Positions 19,432 to 29,917 are shown, numbered from the stretch's first letter. The stretch is DNA of 64,000 nt from Thermoplasmata archaeon (GCA_021797735.1 JAJZZE010000029.1:6970-70969), one strand, 5' to 3'. The notes: generated by a model from the sequence alone, not told the origin. Program-made: numbers and translations.

Positions 19432-21250
19432 TTATATCACCTATTTTTTTAATGAGTTCAGGAACTATTTCAAATATATCACCAACTACACCAAAATCGC
19501 AGTTGTCGAATATTGCAGCATCCGGATCGTTATTTATGGCGATTATTCTTTTTGATCCCTGTATACCAACTAAATGCTGTATTGCACCTGATATACCCAG
19601 AGCCATATACAGATCAGGCCTTATTGTTGTCCCTGTCTGGCCTACCTGGTGGTCCTTCGGGTACCATCCGGCATCTGCCAGTGGTTTACTTACACCTATA
19701 ATACCATTTATTTTCTCTGCAAGTTTTTCCGCGATTTCCATGTTATCCTTATTTACTATGCCCCTGCCAACACCAACAACAACCTTGGCCGCTGCAAGTA
19801 CATTTGTTTTTTCTATGTTTTCATAATCTGTAATTTTGAATCTTGTTTTATCATCGTCCAGTTTTTCCTTTATAAGCTCTCCCTTAAAATCCCTTTCAGG
19901 CAATGCGGAGAAAACACCTGCTCTTGTTGTAACCATTATTGGCCTGTTATTAGGGCAGATAATTGTTGATGTTTCCTTACCACCAAAATCTGGCCTTGTT
20001 GATAATAACTGGCCTTTCTGGTCAACATCAAATATTATACAATCGGCTATTAAACCGGTATTAACCTCTACTGCTGTTGTTGATGCCAGTTCCCTTGCAG
20101 TTGCTGTTCCTGGGAAAAACAATGAATCTGGTTTATATTTTTTTATCATCATGGATAAAGCCCTTGTATATATATCATTATCATAGGTTTTTCCATGTTT
20201 TGTATCACAGTAATATACCTTATCGGCACCGTATTTAAAAGCAACATCTATGAGATGCTCATCTTTTTCACCTATTATAACTGCACCAAGTTTTGTATCC
20301 ATCATGTCAGCAACATTCCTTGCTGCTCCCAGAATTTCCAGTGATGTTTTATTTAATTCTCCATCCATATGGTCTATATACACCCATACATCCTCATCTA
20401 TCTTTGTAACCGGTTCAGGTTTTTTATACAGGTTTTCCATAGATTTCATACCCTTTACCGATTCCTTTATTTTTGATATTAAAAAGTCTACAGTTTTATT
20501 TAAATCCTCATTCCTGATTATTTCAGGATTTCTCATTTTTGGTGGCGGCCTTACCCTGATAACCTTTGTTGGTGATGAGGCCAGACCTATTTTCTTTGGG
20601 TCAGCATTTATATCTGTTTTTGATAACCTTTTAACATCAAATGTTTTGGCCCTTATCATCCCCTCCAGCGTTGCCTCTCTGGGTTCATTTGAATCCTCTA
20701 GCATTGTGACAACCAGGGGCATTTTAACCTCTATTGTTTCCTTATCAAATTCAGTTCTTTTTATAAGTTTTACCGTTCTGGTTTCTGTGTTTATATCTAT
20801 AATTTTATCGGTATATGCAACGGCCGGGATACCAAGCCACATTGCTATCTGTGGTCCAACCTGCTGTGTTTCACCATCAACTGCCCTTCTTCCGGCTATT
20901 ATTATATCCGCCCCTCCAATTTTTTTAATTCCCTGTGATACAGTATATGAAGTTGCCCATGTATCAGATCCTGCCATTGCAGCATCGGTTACCAGGTATA
21001 CATCATCCGCACCCATTGAAACTGCCTCTCTTAATGATACATCTCCTCTGGGTGGCCCCATGGATATTATAGTAACAGTGCCGCCATATTTTTCCTTTAA
21101 TCTTAATGCCTCCTCTATGGAGTGTAAATCCGGGGGATTAATTATTGCAGGTACTCCCTCTCTTACCAGATTATTCGTTACCGGATCTATCCTCAAATCG
21201 TCAGCATCCGGAACCTGTTTTACTGAAACCACAATTTTAATGCCTTTCAT
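19424..21250 (-). CDS. electron transfer flavoprotein, fused beta-alpha subunits
   Basis: One 608-aa ORF. The N-terminal half is EtfB-like (KIVVSVKQVPD, IIAGRRAVDGETQQVGP). The C-terminal half is EtfA-like (GISGAIQHLVGIQGSKRIIAINNDPDAAIF). It overlaps fixC by 8 nt. Confidence 0.9.
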   Translation of the reverse strand: MKGIKIVVSVKQVPDADDLRIDPVTNNLVREGVPAIINPPDLHSIEEALRLKEKYGGTVTIISMGPPRGDVSLREAVSMGADDVYLVTDAAMAGSDTWATSYTVSQGIKKIGGADIIIAGRRAVDGETQQVGPQIAMWLGIPAVAYTDKIIDINTETRTVKLIKRTEFDKETIEVKMPLVVTMLEDSNEPREATLEGMIRAKTFDVKRLSKTDINADPKKIGLASSPTKVIRVRPPPKMRNPEIIRNEDLNKTVDFLISKIKESVKGMKSMENLYKKPEPVTKIDEDVWVYIDHMDGELNKTSLEILGAARNVADMMDTKLGAVIIGEKDEHLIDVAFKYGADKVYYCDTKHGKTYDNDIYTRALSMMIKKYKPDSLFFPGTATARELASTTAVEVNTGLIADCIIFDVDQKGQLLSTRPDFGGKETSTIICPNNRPIMVTTRAGVFSALPERDFKGELIKEKLDDDKTRFKITDYENIEKTNVLAAAKVVVGVGRGIVNKDNMEIAEKLAEKINGIIGVSKPLADAGWYPKDHQVGQTGTTIRPDLYMALGISGAIQHLVGIQGSKRIIAINNDPDAAIFDNCDFGVVGDIFEIVPELIKKIGDINA

Positions 21251-21410
21251 AGTCCCGTATCGTTTGTGCTATTAAAAAACTTTTTGAAGGGAAATAATAT
21301 AACAATTCATATTTTTCATTTTGTATATAAATTGATTCTCAAAAAACCAGTAATTATCATAAATTTAAAATAGCAATTTATTAGATAGATAAAAATGTAT
21401 TAATTATTTA

Positions 21411-22178
21411 TTAATATGATTTATGTGCAATAAATTTTGTTCTGTATTTCCTTATGAAATAAATAAATACCAGAAATAATACAGCCAGTGAGGTTAGACT
21501 CAAAAATATCTCATTAAAGGTGCTCCCATATAGATAATTTAGATAAAACGAACTTAAAAATGGGCTTGCACCTATTACAAGGCCAAAAAACGTTCCCGTA
21601 GCACATGCAGGGCATACACCAACAGCGCCTATTAATGACGCTGCAGACCTATTCTTTGACTGTAAATTCATAAACGATATTGAAACTATGGAGCCGCCTA
21701 TTATTGATGCGGTTATAAGGGATAATACCTGGAAAGGGTAAATGTATATACCTATAACATTTGCATAATAAACCATCAGATTAGGAGTAAACATAGGCTG
21801 TCCAAATGAAAATATAACTACATGGGGATAAGAATACGCCCTGGATGGCATTATGTGTATTAATCCACCAACTATCGCCAGAATTATTGCATATACAAAA
21901 GTTATAGGATAAAAATGCCTTAATTTGGGGATATTAAATTTATTTTTTATGGTTCCGTATATTAAAAATCCTATCATTACAGAACCGGTAATTAATAAAA
22001 TGTCCACTATTAATGTATATATCTCTGCATGGTATAATGTTACATTGTAATCTGTTGATGTCGGATAAAAATAAATTCCATATCTGGCATAAAATTCATA
22101 TGCATTAATTATAAGTAAAACCCCGGTAAAGAAAATTATAATATCTTTATTCTTCATAAAAGTGTATTTTTTTATCAA
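21411..22178 (-). CDS. polytopic membrane protein with intramembrane CPAC motif, unknown function
   Basis: 255 aa, about 7 hydrophobic segments, GVCPACATG in a predicted TM segment. Confidence 0.55.
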   Translation of the reverse strand: MIKKYTFMKNKDIIIFFTGVLLIINAYEFYARYGIYFYPTSTDYNVTLYHAEIYTLIVDILLITGSVMIGFLIYGTIKNKFNIPKLRHFYPITFVYAIILAIVGGLIHIMPSRAYSYPHVVIFSFGQPMFTPNLMVYYANVIGIYIYPFQVLSLITASIIGGSIVSISFMNLQSKNRSAASLIGAVGVCPACATGTFFGLVIGASPFLSSFYLNYLYGSTFNEIFLSLTSLAVLFLVFIYFIRKYRTKFIAHKSY

Positions 22179-22429
22179 ATAAATATATAAATATAGAATA
22201 GCATCTATAATAGAGAATTTTTATAAATTTTTATAATTTGACGTGGTTAATTATTTATAGTCAATTACTGACATTTTTGCTGTATTGAATTACTGTTGAA
22301 CACCCATTATACAATTTTCTGTGAACATGTTAAGTATGATTTGCCCGGCAATCAATAATAAATAGGGGTTTATAAGAATACTTTTTTACCTTACATAATA
22401 TTTAAATTTCATTTAATGATATTATAATT

Positions 22430-22852
22430 ATGAGTCTTGAAATAAAAAATATTATGCATAAGCCTCCGCTTTATATATCCGAAACTTCGACTATATACGA
22501 AGGTGCTAAGAAAATGTCAGATGAAAATAAGGGTTCGTTACTCATAGGAAATGATAATGAATTAAAGGGCATAGTAACGGAACGCGATATAATAAGGGCA
22601 ATTGCTGCAGGAAAGGACCTAAACACAAAAATTATTGAAATTGCAACAAAGGAAAATCTTATAACAATAACTGAAGATGATAACATTACAAAGGCCGCAG
22701 TTTTGATGAGCAAACACAATATAAGGCATTTGATAGTGAAAACCGGAAATAAAGTTTCAGGAATACTATCAACACGTGATTTAATGCGTGAGCGCAACAC
22801 ATTGAAGGAATTGTCTAAAGTTAAGAATTCAGAATGGTATGGAAGTGATTAA
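22430..22852 (+). CDS. CBS-domain pair protein
   Basis: 140 aa with two CBS repeats (GIVTERDIIRAI; HLIVK..VSGILSTRDLM). Confidence 0.85.
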   Translation: MSLEIKNIMHKPPLYISETSTIYEGAKKMSDENKGSLLIGNDNELKGIVTERDIIRAIAAGKDLNTKIIEIATKENLITITEDDNITKAAVLMSKHNIRHLIVKTGNKVSGILSTRDLMRERNTLKELSKVKNSEWYGSD

Positions 22853-23978
22853 AATGGCAGTAAGTCTTGGATTAGAAGATGTTTTTATAAAATATACAGG
22901 ATTGACATATATAGATGGCAATGCAGGAATATTAAGGTATCGTGGTTATGACGTGAATGACCTCGTGAAAAATTGTTCCTTTGAGGAAGTGGCATATTTA
23001 ATGACATATGGTGAATTACCCAATAAAGAACAGTTATTAAAATTTGAGGATGAACTGAAAAGCAGTTATAAATTGCCTGATCATGTGTTATCATTGATAG
23101 CTGAACTACCTGAGGAATCTGACACCTTAACAATGATGGAAACTGCATTTGCATCATTATCATCAGGGGATTATAAATGGGATAAGGATAATGATAAAAA
23201 ACAGGTGGCGAAAATACTGGGGGAGGATCTGGGAATAATATCAAACATATACAGGCATAAAACAGGTAAAAAATTACAGAATCCTGATCCGAAATATGGC
23301 TATGCTGAGACATTTTTAAGAAATTGCCTTGATGATAATGTGAATGAAAAAAAGATAGGTGCAATGAATTCAGCACTGATAATATATGTGGACCATGAAG
23401 TACCCGCTTCAACAACAGCCGCTCTGGTTGCATCATCAACATTATCTGATATGTATTCATGCATAACAGCTGCAATAGCCGCATTAAAAGGCCCTCTGCA
23501 CGGTGGGGCCGCAGAAGCAGCATATAAGCAGTTGCTGCAAATAAAAACTACTGATAACGTTGAACCATGGTTCAATAAAAATATTCTTGAGGATAAAAAG
23601 AGATTAATGGGTTTTGGTCACAGGGTTTACAGGACATATGATCCCAGGATGAAAATATTTAAGAGCATAGCCAAGGATATGATAACGGATAATGAGCAGA
23701 AAAAACTGCTTGACATTGCAGAGAAACTGGAAGATCTTGGTGTTAAAACCTTTGGATCAAAGGGAATATACCCGAATACTGATTATTACTCTGGAATAGT
23801 TTTCAATGAAATTGGTTTTCCCATAACAATGTTCACAACATTATTCGGTTTTTCCAGGGTTCTTGGATGGCTGGCACACATAACGGAATACGTTGAGGAC
23901 GAGGAACGCCTGATAAGGCCAAGAGCAGTCTACACCGGACCGGAAAGAAGAGATTTTATAAAAATAGATGATAGATAA
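22839..23978 (+). CDS. gltA: citrate synthase
   Basis: GFGHRVYRTYDPR signature and HEVPASTTAALVASSTLSDMYS block. It aligns along its length with T. acidophilum citrate synthase as I remember it. The start is ATG 22839 (14-nt overlap with the CBS gene) or ATG 22854 (1 nt after the CBS stop). Confidence 0.95.
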   Translation: MEVIKMAVSLGLEDVFIKYTGLTYIDGNAGILRYRGYDVNDLVKNCSFEEVAYLMTYGELPNKEQLLKFEDELKSSYKLPDHVLSLIAELPEESDTLTMMETAFASLSSGDYKWDKDNDKKQVAKILGEDLGIISNIYRHKTGKKLQNPDPKYGYAETFLRNCLDDNVNEKKIGAMNSALIIYVDHEVPASTTAALVASSTLSDMYSCITAAIAALKGPLHGGAAEAAYKQLLQIKTTDNVEPWFNKNILEDKKRLMGFGHRVYRTYDPRMKIFKSIAKDMITDNEQKKLLDIAEKLEDLGVKTFGSKGIYPNTDYYSGIVFNEIGFPITMFTTLFGFSRVLGWLAHITEYVEDEERLIRPRAVYTGPERRDFIKIDDR

Positions 23979-24064
23979 ATTTTTATTTTATTACTGATGA
24001 ATTTTATAACAGATTCTTTTTTAGACAATACAAAAATTTTTAATTTTGATAAACATATCAATGC

Positions 24065-25036
24065 ATGGATAAAAAGGTCTCTATTATAGGAGCAGGCGCC
24101 GTAGGTGCAAGCGTTGCACAGGTTCTTGCAATAAAAGGTATAGCTGATATAAATATCTTTGATATCGTTGAGGGTGTTGCAGAGGGTAAGGCCCTTGATA
24201 TACAGGAAGGAGCCCCGCATTTCGGGTTTGACTGCAAATTAAAAGGTTTCTGTACAAAAGATGAAACAATGTATAAGAATCTTAAGGGGTCAGACGTAAT
24301 AGTTGTTACTGCAGGACTTGCAAGAAGGCCAGGAATGAGCAGGGATGACCTGCTGGTAAAAAACATAAGCATAATGAAGGATATTGGTGAAAAGATAAAG
24401 AAATACTCACCGGGATCAGTAATAGTTACAGTTACAAATCCCGCAGATATTATGGCATATGCAATAGAAAAGTCATCCGGCATTAGCCATGAAAGGATAA
24501 TGGGTCTTGGTGGATCACTTGACAGCTCAAGGTTCAGAACGTTTCTGGCAGAGGCCCTGGATGTTTCCGTGGAGGATGTAAATGCCTTTGTTATAGGTGG
24601 CCACGGTGATGATATGGTACCATTTATCAGATATTCTAACGTCTCTGGAATACCAATATCGGATTTATTAAGTGAAGATAAAATAAATGCAATAATAAAG
24701 AGAACAAGGTTTGGTGGTGGTGAAATACTTGACTACTATAAAAACGGAACGGCATTTTATGCACCGTCAATATCAATATCCGTGATGGTTGAATCAATAA
24801 TAAATGACAAAAAAAGGGTAATACCATGCGCTGCATATTTAACAGATGAACATGCAAAACATTACGGAATAAATAATATGTTCATTGGTGTTCCAATAAA
24901 AATAGGTAAAAACGGTGTTGAAAAGATATACGATTTAAATTTCAACGATGACGAATTAAAAGAATGGAATAAAGGCGTGGAATCTGTCAAGGGTAACTGT
25001 AAAATAGCCGATGATTATTTCAGCAAAAACCAGTAA
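24065..25036 (+). CDS. mdh: malate dehydrogenase (LDH-like family)
   Basis: SIIGAGAVGASVAQ, VVTAGLARRPGMSRDDLL and IGGHGDDMVPFIRYSNVSGIPI blocks, closely matching T. acidophilum MDH as I remember it. Confidence 0.95.
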   Translation: MDKKVSIIGAGAVGASVAQVLAIKGIADINIFDIVEGVAEGKALDIQEGAPHFGFDCKLKGFCTKDETMYKNLKGSDVIVVTAGLARRPGMSRDDLLVKNISIMKDIGEKIKKYSPGSVIVTVTNPADIMAYAIEKSSGISHERIMGLGGSLDSSRFRTFLAEALDVSVEDVNAFVIGGHGDDMVPFIRYSNVSGIPISDLLSEDKINAIIKRTRFGGGEILDYYKNGTAFYAPSISISVMVESIINDKKRVIPCAAYLTDEHAKHYGINNMFIGVPIKIGKNGVEKIYDLNFNDDELKEWNKGVESVKGNCKIADDYFSKNQ

Positions 25037-25126
25037 TTTTAAATTTTTTTACTTTTAGTTTTAAAGCAAAATCTTATATTTTATTTAATTATATCACATA
25101 ATAAACTATATATTGGTGATTATCTG

Positions 25127-26821
25127 ATGGAAAAAAAAGAATATGATGCAGTTATTTTAGGCGGGGGACTAGCAGGTTTAATGGCAGCCAATATTGTTGC
25201 CTCTGCAGGTTTTTCCGTGGCAGTTGTCTCAAAGGTATTTCCCACAAGGTCGCATTCAGCCGCAGCAGAGGGGGGAATAGCGGCATATATAAAGGGCAAT
25301 TCAGACCCGAATGATGACCCGGATTTTATGTCATATGATGAGGTTAAGGGCGGTGATTATTTAGTAGATCAGGATGCTGCAGAATTATTATCTGCCAAAT
25401 CTGGAGAAATTGTCCACATTCTTGACGCATGGGGTGCCCCTTTTAACAGGCAGCCGGATGGAAGAATAGCATTGAGATATTTTGGTGGGCAGACGTATCC
25501 AAGAACAAGGTTTGTTGCTGATAAAACCGGTATGGCATTGCTGCATACATTATTCGAACATGCAACAGGATTTAAAAATATAGATTTTTATAATGAATAT
25601 TACGTTTTAGATATAGTCAAGGAGGGAAAGGATGTAAATGGCCTTGTTGCAATGGAAATGAAAACAATGGATCCGATATACCTGAAATCACGGGCATTAT
25701 TGATAGCTGCCGGTGGACTGGGCATGTTATATAAACATACAACAAACAGTTATATAAACACGGGTGATGGTTATGGCATAGCCCTGAGATCCGGTGTTGC
25801 GTTAAAGGATCCGGAATTTGTCCAGTTCCATCCAACAGGCTTATATCCATCAGATATCTTAATAAGTGAGGCTGCAAGGGCAGAGGGTGCAATACTGAAA
25901 AATAATAAGGGAGAAAGGTTTATGGCAAGATATGCACCGCATAAATTTGACCTTGCCCCGAGAGATATAGTATCAAGGTCAATGACAATTGAAATACGTG
26001 AAGGAAGAGGCTTTGAGGGTGGCTATTTAGGCCTTGATTTAACACATTTAGGTAAGGAATATATAATGGAAAGGCTGAGTTTAGCATATGACGCTGCTAA
26101 AACCTTTTCCGGTGTTGATGCCACAGAGGAGATGATTCCTGTAAGGCCAGCACAGCATTATTTCATGGGGGGAATAGATGTTGACATAACCGGATCCAAC
26201 CATGATTTAAACGGTATTTTTGCCGCCGGAGAGGCTGCCTGTGTTTCCGTTCATGGAGCCAACAGGTTAGGGTCTAATTCATTGCTTGAAACCTTAGTTT
26301 ATGGAAGGGAAACCGGAGATTCAATGGTAAACTTTCTTAAAAGCCATAAAAATGTTGAATCAAACAGCAACGTTGATGGTATTATAAATACTGCATATTC
26401 ATATATAAAAAGGGAGAGTGGAGAGCATTTCGGCACATTACTGAACGAACTCAGGGATATAATGTGGGAAAATGTTGGTATTTTCAGGGATGAAAAGAAA
26501 TTAGAAGAGGCAGTAAGGAAAATATCAGATTTAAGAAAAAGATCAGTAAATATGTACGTAACCGATAAAAGCAGTAATTATAATACAGAGGTTTTCAATG
26601 CCTTTGAAACAAGGAATATGTTAGATGTGGCATTTGCTATATCTTCAGCGGCACTGAATAGAAAGGAAACCAGGGGTGCACATTACAGGGATGATTATCC
26701 AAAGAGGGATGATGACAACTGGATGAAACATACATTAGCATATCTTGGTGACAGTGAAATAAAAATGTCCTATAAGCCTGTTAATTTCACAAGGTGGAAA
26801 CCTGAACCGAGGGTGTATTAA
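25127..26821 (+). CDS. sdhA: succinate dehydrogenase flavoprotein subunit
   Basis: [21 protein letters not shown] (FAD-attachment His region), FVQFHPTG and [11 protein letters not shown] blocks. Confidence 0.95.
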   Translation: MEKKEYDAVILGGGLAGLMAANIVASAGFSVAVVSKVFPTRSHSAAAEGGIAAYIKGNSDPNDDPDFMSYDEVKGGDYLVDQDAAELLSAKSGEIVHILDAWGAPFNRQPDGRIALRYFGGQTYPRTRFVADKTGMALLHTLFEHATGFKNIDFYNEYYVLDIVKEGKDVNGLVAMEMKTMDPIYLKSRALLIAAGGLGMLYKHTTNSYINTGDGYGIALRSGVALKDPEFVQFHPTGLYPSDILISEAARAEGAILKNNKGERFMARYAPHKFDLAPRDIVSRSMTIEIREGRGFEGGYLGLDLTHLGKEYIMERLSLAYDAAKTFSGVDATEEMIPVRPAQHYFMGGIDVDITGSNHDLNGIFAAGEAACVSVHGANRLGSNSLLETLVYGRETGDSMVNFLKSHKNVESNSNVDGIINTAYSYIKRESGEHFGTLLNELRDIMWENVGIFRDEKKLEEAVRKISDLRKRSVNMYVTDKSSNYNTEVFNAFETRNMLDVAFAISSAALNRKETRGAHYRDDYPKRDDDNWMKHTLAYLGDSEIKMSYKPVNFTRWKPEPRVY

Positions 26822-26822
26822 A

Positions 26823-27767
26823 ATGGAAGAGAAGGAAATAACTGTTAATGTAAAAAAATATAATGAAAAAGATGGTGTTTTCTGGAAATCATACAGGGTA
26901 AAAGCCGACAGGTACACACAGATGACGGAGGTTTTAAGAAGAATAAAAACAGAGCAGGACCCTGCATTATCGTACAGGGCATCATGCCATATGGCAGTAT
27001 GTGGCAGCTGTTCAATGAAAATAAATGGTATACCATCACTGGCATGTAAAACAATGGCTTTTAAGGTAATGGACGAAAAAGGTGAAATAAATCTGGAAAG
27101 CATGGACTATTATACAGAGGTCAGGGATTTAATACCGGATGTCGATACCTTTTATGACAGAATGTATAAGGTAATGCCAAGGTTATACGCCGATGAGGAG
27201 GTAATAGAGGATAAGGAAGAACAGAGAATGCTGCCGGAAGAACAGAAAGAGGTCTGGAAGTTTCAGGGATGCATATACTGTGGCCTGTGTGTTTCAGCAT
27301 GCCCATCGGTAAAGGAGGATGAGAAGTTTCTGGGGCCTGCAGCACACGCAAAGGGATACAGGTACATTGCAGATGACAGGGATACAAAAAGGGAGGAGAG
27401 AATAGATATGTTAATGGACAGTGCGTGGAGATGTACCTCATGTTACATGTGCTATGAGGTATGCCCACAGGATGTCCAGCCTGTGATAGCAATAAAGAAA
27501 ACAAGGTCGCACCTTGATGATTACAGAGGACCTGAAACAGATGTAATAACAATGGCAAGGAAGCACGACAATGCCATATTGGAACTGATAAACGATACCG
27601 GTAAAATAAAAGAATCATCGTTATATCTAAAAACATTCGGTTTTGGTGAGGCCATAAAGGATTCTATAAATATGTTGAAATCCGGGAAAATAAAGTATGC
27701 ATTTACAAAGGATAGCGATGTTAAAAATATTGATGAAGTAAAAAAAATAATGGGTGATAAAAAATGA
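26823..27767 (+). CDS. sdhB: succinate dehydrogenase iron-sulfur subunit
   Basis: 2Fe-2S motif ([11 protein letters not shown]), [12 protein letters not shown], and a third cluster motif [12 protein letters not shown] that carries an extra Cys. Confidence 0.9.
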   Translation: MEEKEITVNVKKYNEKDGVFWKSYRVKADRYTQMTEVLRRIKTEQDPALSYRASCHMAVCGSCSMKINGIPSLACKTMAFKVMDEKGEINLESMDYYTEVRDLIPDVDTFYDRMYKVMPRLYADEEVIEDKEEQRMLPEEQKEVWKFQGCIYCGLCVSACPSVKEDEKFLGPAAHAKGYRYIADDRDTKREERIDMLMDSAWRCTSCYMCYEVCPQDVQPVIAIKKTRSHLDDYRGPETDVITMARKHDNAILELINDTGKIKESSLYLKTFGFGEAIKDSINMLKSGKIKYAFTKDSDVKNIDEVKKIMGDKK

Positions 27768-28636
27768 AGGTAGCTTATTATCCGGGATGTGCATCCCATG
27801 GAATAGCAAAAGATGTTGATATAGCAACACAGCTGGTGGCAAAGGATCTTGATCTGGAATTAATGGAGGTCGATGACTGGAATTGCTGTGGTGGAGGTTT
27901 TATGGATGATAAAAGCGAGGAAATTCATACAGCATTGAATTTAAGGAATTTAGAAAAGGTAAAAACTATGGGTTTTGAGAAGATGTCAACTCCATGCAGT
28001 GTATGCTTAAATTCGCATAGAATAGCATCTGATAAATATGAAAAAGATCCAGAATTAAGAGAGAATGTGGATAATAGATTAAAAAATGCAGGCATGGAAT
28101 ACGATGGTAGTGTTGATTCCGAGCATTTTATATGGACACTGATACGTGATGTTGGCATAGATAAAATAAAAAAGCATGTAAAAAAACCTCTGAAGGGAAT
28201 AAAAATGGGAACATATTACGGCTGCCAGTTATTAAGGCCATACGAGGTAATGGGCTTTGAATCGCCTTACAACCCAAAGAGTGTAATGGATCTGGTGGCT
28301 GCAACAGGTGCAGAACCTGTAGCATTTCCATTAAAAAGTTCATGCTGTGGTTTCCCACTGGTAGGTATAAATCCTCCGGTAGGATTAAAAATGGCCAATA
28401 ACATTTTAAGCGATGCAAAGAATAACGGTGCGGAGATGCTGGTACACCCATGTTCACTGTGCCATTTACAGTTAGACGTAACGCAGTTAAAAATACAGAA
28501 TCAGTTTAAACAGGACTGGACATTACCCGTACTTTATGTAACGCAGTTGCTGGGTTTATCATTCGGTTATACGCCAGAAGAACTGGGTCTTGGTAAAATA
28601 GCAAAGGATTATCTCAGGGAAAGAGGATTCACATGA
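27764..28636 (+). CDS. sdhE: type-E succinate dehydrogenase subunit SdhE (HdrB-like, two CCG domains)
   Basis: Two Cys-rich CCG repeats (YYPGC...NCCGGGF...CSVC and YYGCQ...SCCGFP...CSLC). ATGA overlap with sdhB. Confidence 0.85.
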   Translation: MKVAYYPGCASHGIAKDVDIATQLVAKDLDLELMEVDDWNCCGGGFMDDKSEEIHTALNLRNLEKVKTMGFEKMSTPCSVCLNSHRIASDKYEKDPELRENVDNRLKNAGMEYDGSVDSEHFIWTLIRDVGIDKIKKHVKKPLKGIKMGTYYGCQLLRPYEVMGFESPYNPKSVMDLVAATGAEPVAFPLKSSCCGFPLVGINPPVGLKMANNILSDAKNNGAEMLVHPCSLCHLQLDVTQLKIQNQFKQDWTLPVLYVTQLLGLSFGYTPEELGLGKIAKDYLRERGFT

Positions 28637-28980
28637 ATTATAAGGATCTACTGACAGGACTGGAAATTACAGATGAGAAGGAGGTATCACCAAGACCGGG
28701 TACCGGATCATTAGCTACAGAGGTCTATTATAAAAAAGATGATTTATTTTACGGAAAATTACACATAAGAAAATCAAATAATGCAATGTACCTATCAATA
28801 ATATCAAAAATACCATTTAACTGGAAATTACTGGTGCCTGATATGAAATTCTCAGGAACTTTAATTGATTCCGCAGGCGGTCTGCTCTGGTTAAAGGAAA
28901 CTGACAAAACAATAGATAAGGATATAGCATATATTGAAAAATATTTAACAGATTTAAAAAATAAAAATAATAAAAATTAA
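28633..28980 (+). CDS. sdhF: small hydrophilic subunit, SdhF-like
   Basis: 115 aa with an ATGA overlap with sdhE. Position and size match the fourth gene of Sulfolobales-type sdh operons. No motif of its own is recognisable. Confidence 0.55.
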   Translation: MNYKDLLTGLEITDEKEVSPRPGTGSLATEVYYKKDDLFYGKLHIRKSNNAMYLSIISKIPFNWKLLVPDMKFSGTLIDSAGGLLWLKETDKTIDKDIAYIEKYLTDLKNKNNKN

Positions 28981-28981
28981 T

Positions 28982-29917
28982 TTATTCTATTTCTTTTTCT
29001 ATGAATGTTTTTATTGGGTCAACTATTGTATAGCCATCCTTATCTGAAACATCCTGGTCTGATGGCGGATATTTTATGTAATCAGGCACAATTTTTGATA
29101 GCCTTTCAGGGAAAGATGGTACAGTATTATTTTCATAGAATATTCCTATGGGTATTTTATCTCCCCATTTTAATGATAAATTATATCCTTTGTTGAACTT
29201 TTCCTCTTCCTCTGATTTATCATTTACAACAGGGTTCCAGGTTTTATCATCTTCCAGTTTATACACCCTCTTCCTGAACCAGTCCAGTGTGTTTACATCA
29301 TTGTATGTGGGGCATGGCTGTAATATCTCTATTATGGCAGATCCCTTGTGTTTCATTGCCTTTTCTATTAACATTGATAACTGTTTTATTTCAGATGAGA
29401 AACCTCTTGCAACAAAGGAATAACCGGAAGCCATTGCAAGTGTCGCTGGATTTATTTTATCCAGTATATTTGGCCTCGGTATGCTCTTTACCTTCTCATT
29501 CAGTGGCATTGTTGGCGCTGCCTGACCCTTGGTTAAGCCATATACAGCATTATTGTATAACAGTACAACTATACCTGAATTTCTCCTGCCTTCTGCAACC
29601 AGATGACCGGCACCGATACTTAATAAATCACCATCTCCGCCCATTACCAGTACATTTAACTTAGGGTTTGCCAGTTTAACTCCAACTGCATATGGTATTG
29701 ACCTGCCATGCAGTGTATGTGCTCCCGCTATATTTAAATAATGGGGTGTTTTGCCAGAACATCCTATTCCGGAAACCGCCACAACATCCGTGGGATCCAT
29801 TTTCATATCTGTTAATGCCTGTGTCACGGCCGAAACTATACCGAAATTTCCGCAGCCTGGGCACCAGTCTATCGTTATATCACTTCTATAATTATATTTT
29901 TCTACACTTTTTTCCAT
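28982..29917 (-). CDS. 2-oxoacid:ferredoxin oxidoreductase beta subunit
   Basis: WCPGCGNFG motif and GGDGD TPP-binding block. Confidence 0.9.
   Translation of the reverse strand: MEKSVEKYNYRSDITIDWCPGCGNFGIVSAVTQALTDMKMDPTDVVAVSGIGCSGKTPHYLNIAGAHTLHGRSIPYAVGVKLANPKLNVLVMGGDGDLLSIGAGHLVAEGRRNSGIVVLLYNNAVYGLTKGQAAPTMPLNEKVKSIPRPNILDKINPATLAMASGYSFVARGFSSEIKQLSMLIEKAMKHKGSAIIEILQPCPTYNDVNTLDWFRKRVYKLEDDKTWNPVVNDKSEEEEKFNKGYNLSLKWGDKIPIGIFYENNTVPSFPERLSKIVPDYIKYPPSDQDVSDKDGYTIVDPIKTFIEKEIE

Noticed and set aside
20250-21275. 341-aa plus-strand ORF, with smaller ones at 19452-20186
   Set aside because: It lies entirely antisense to the fused EtfBA gene, which has strong family motifs. The shadow product is Ser/Ile/Phe-rich low-complexity with no motifs.
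22885-23575. 212-aa and 91-aa minus-strand ORFs
   Set aside because: They are antisense to citrate synthase. The products are His/Leu/Met-rich and read as nonsense.
24058-24483. 141-aa minus-strand ORF, and 23930-24220
   Set aside because: They are antisense to malate dehydrogenase and its promoter region.
27121-27636. 171-aa minus-strand ORF, with several others across sdhB/sdhE (26735-28457)
   Set aside because: They are antisense to the sdh operon genes, which carry diagnostic Fe-S and CCG motifs.
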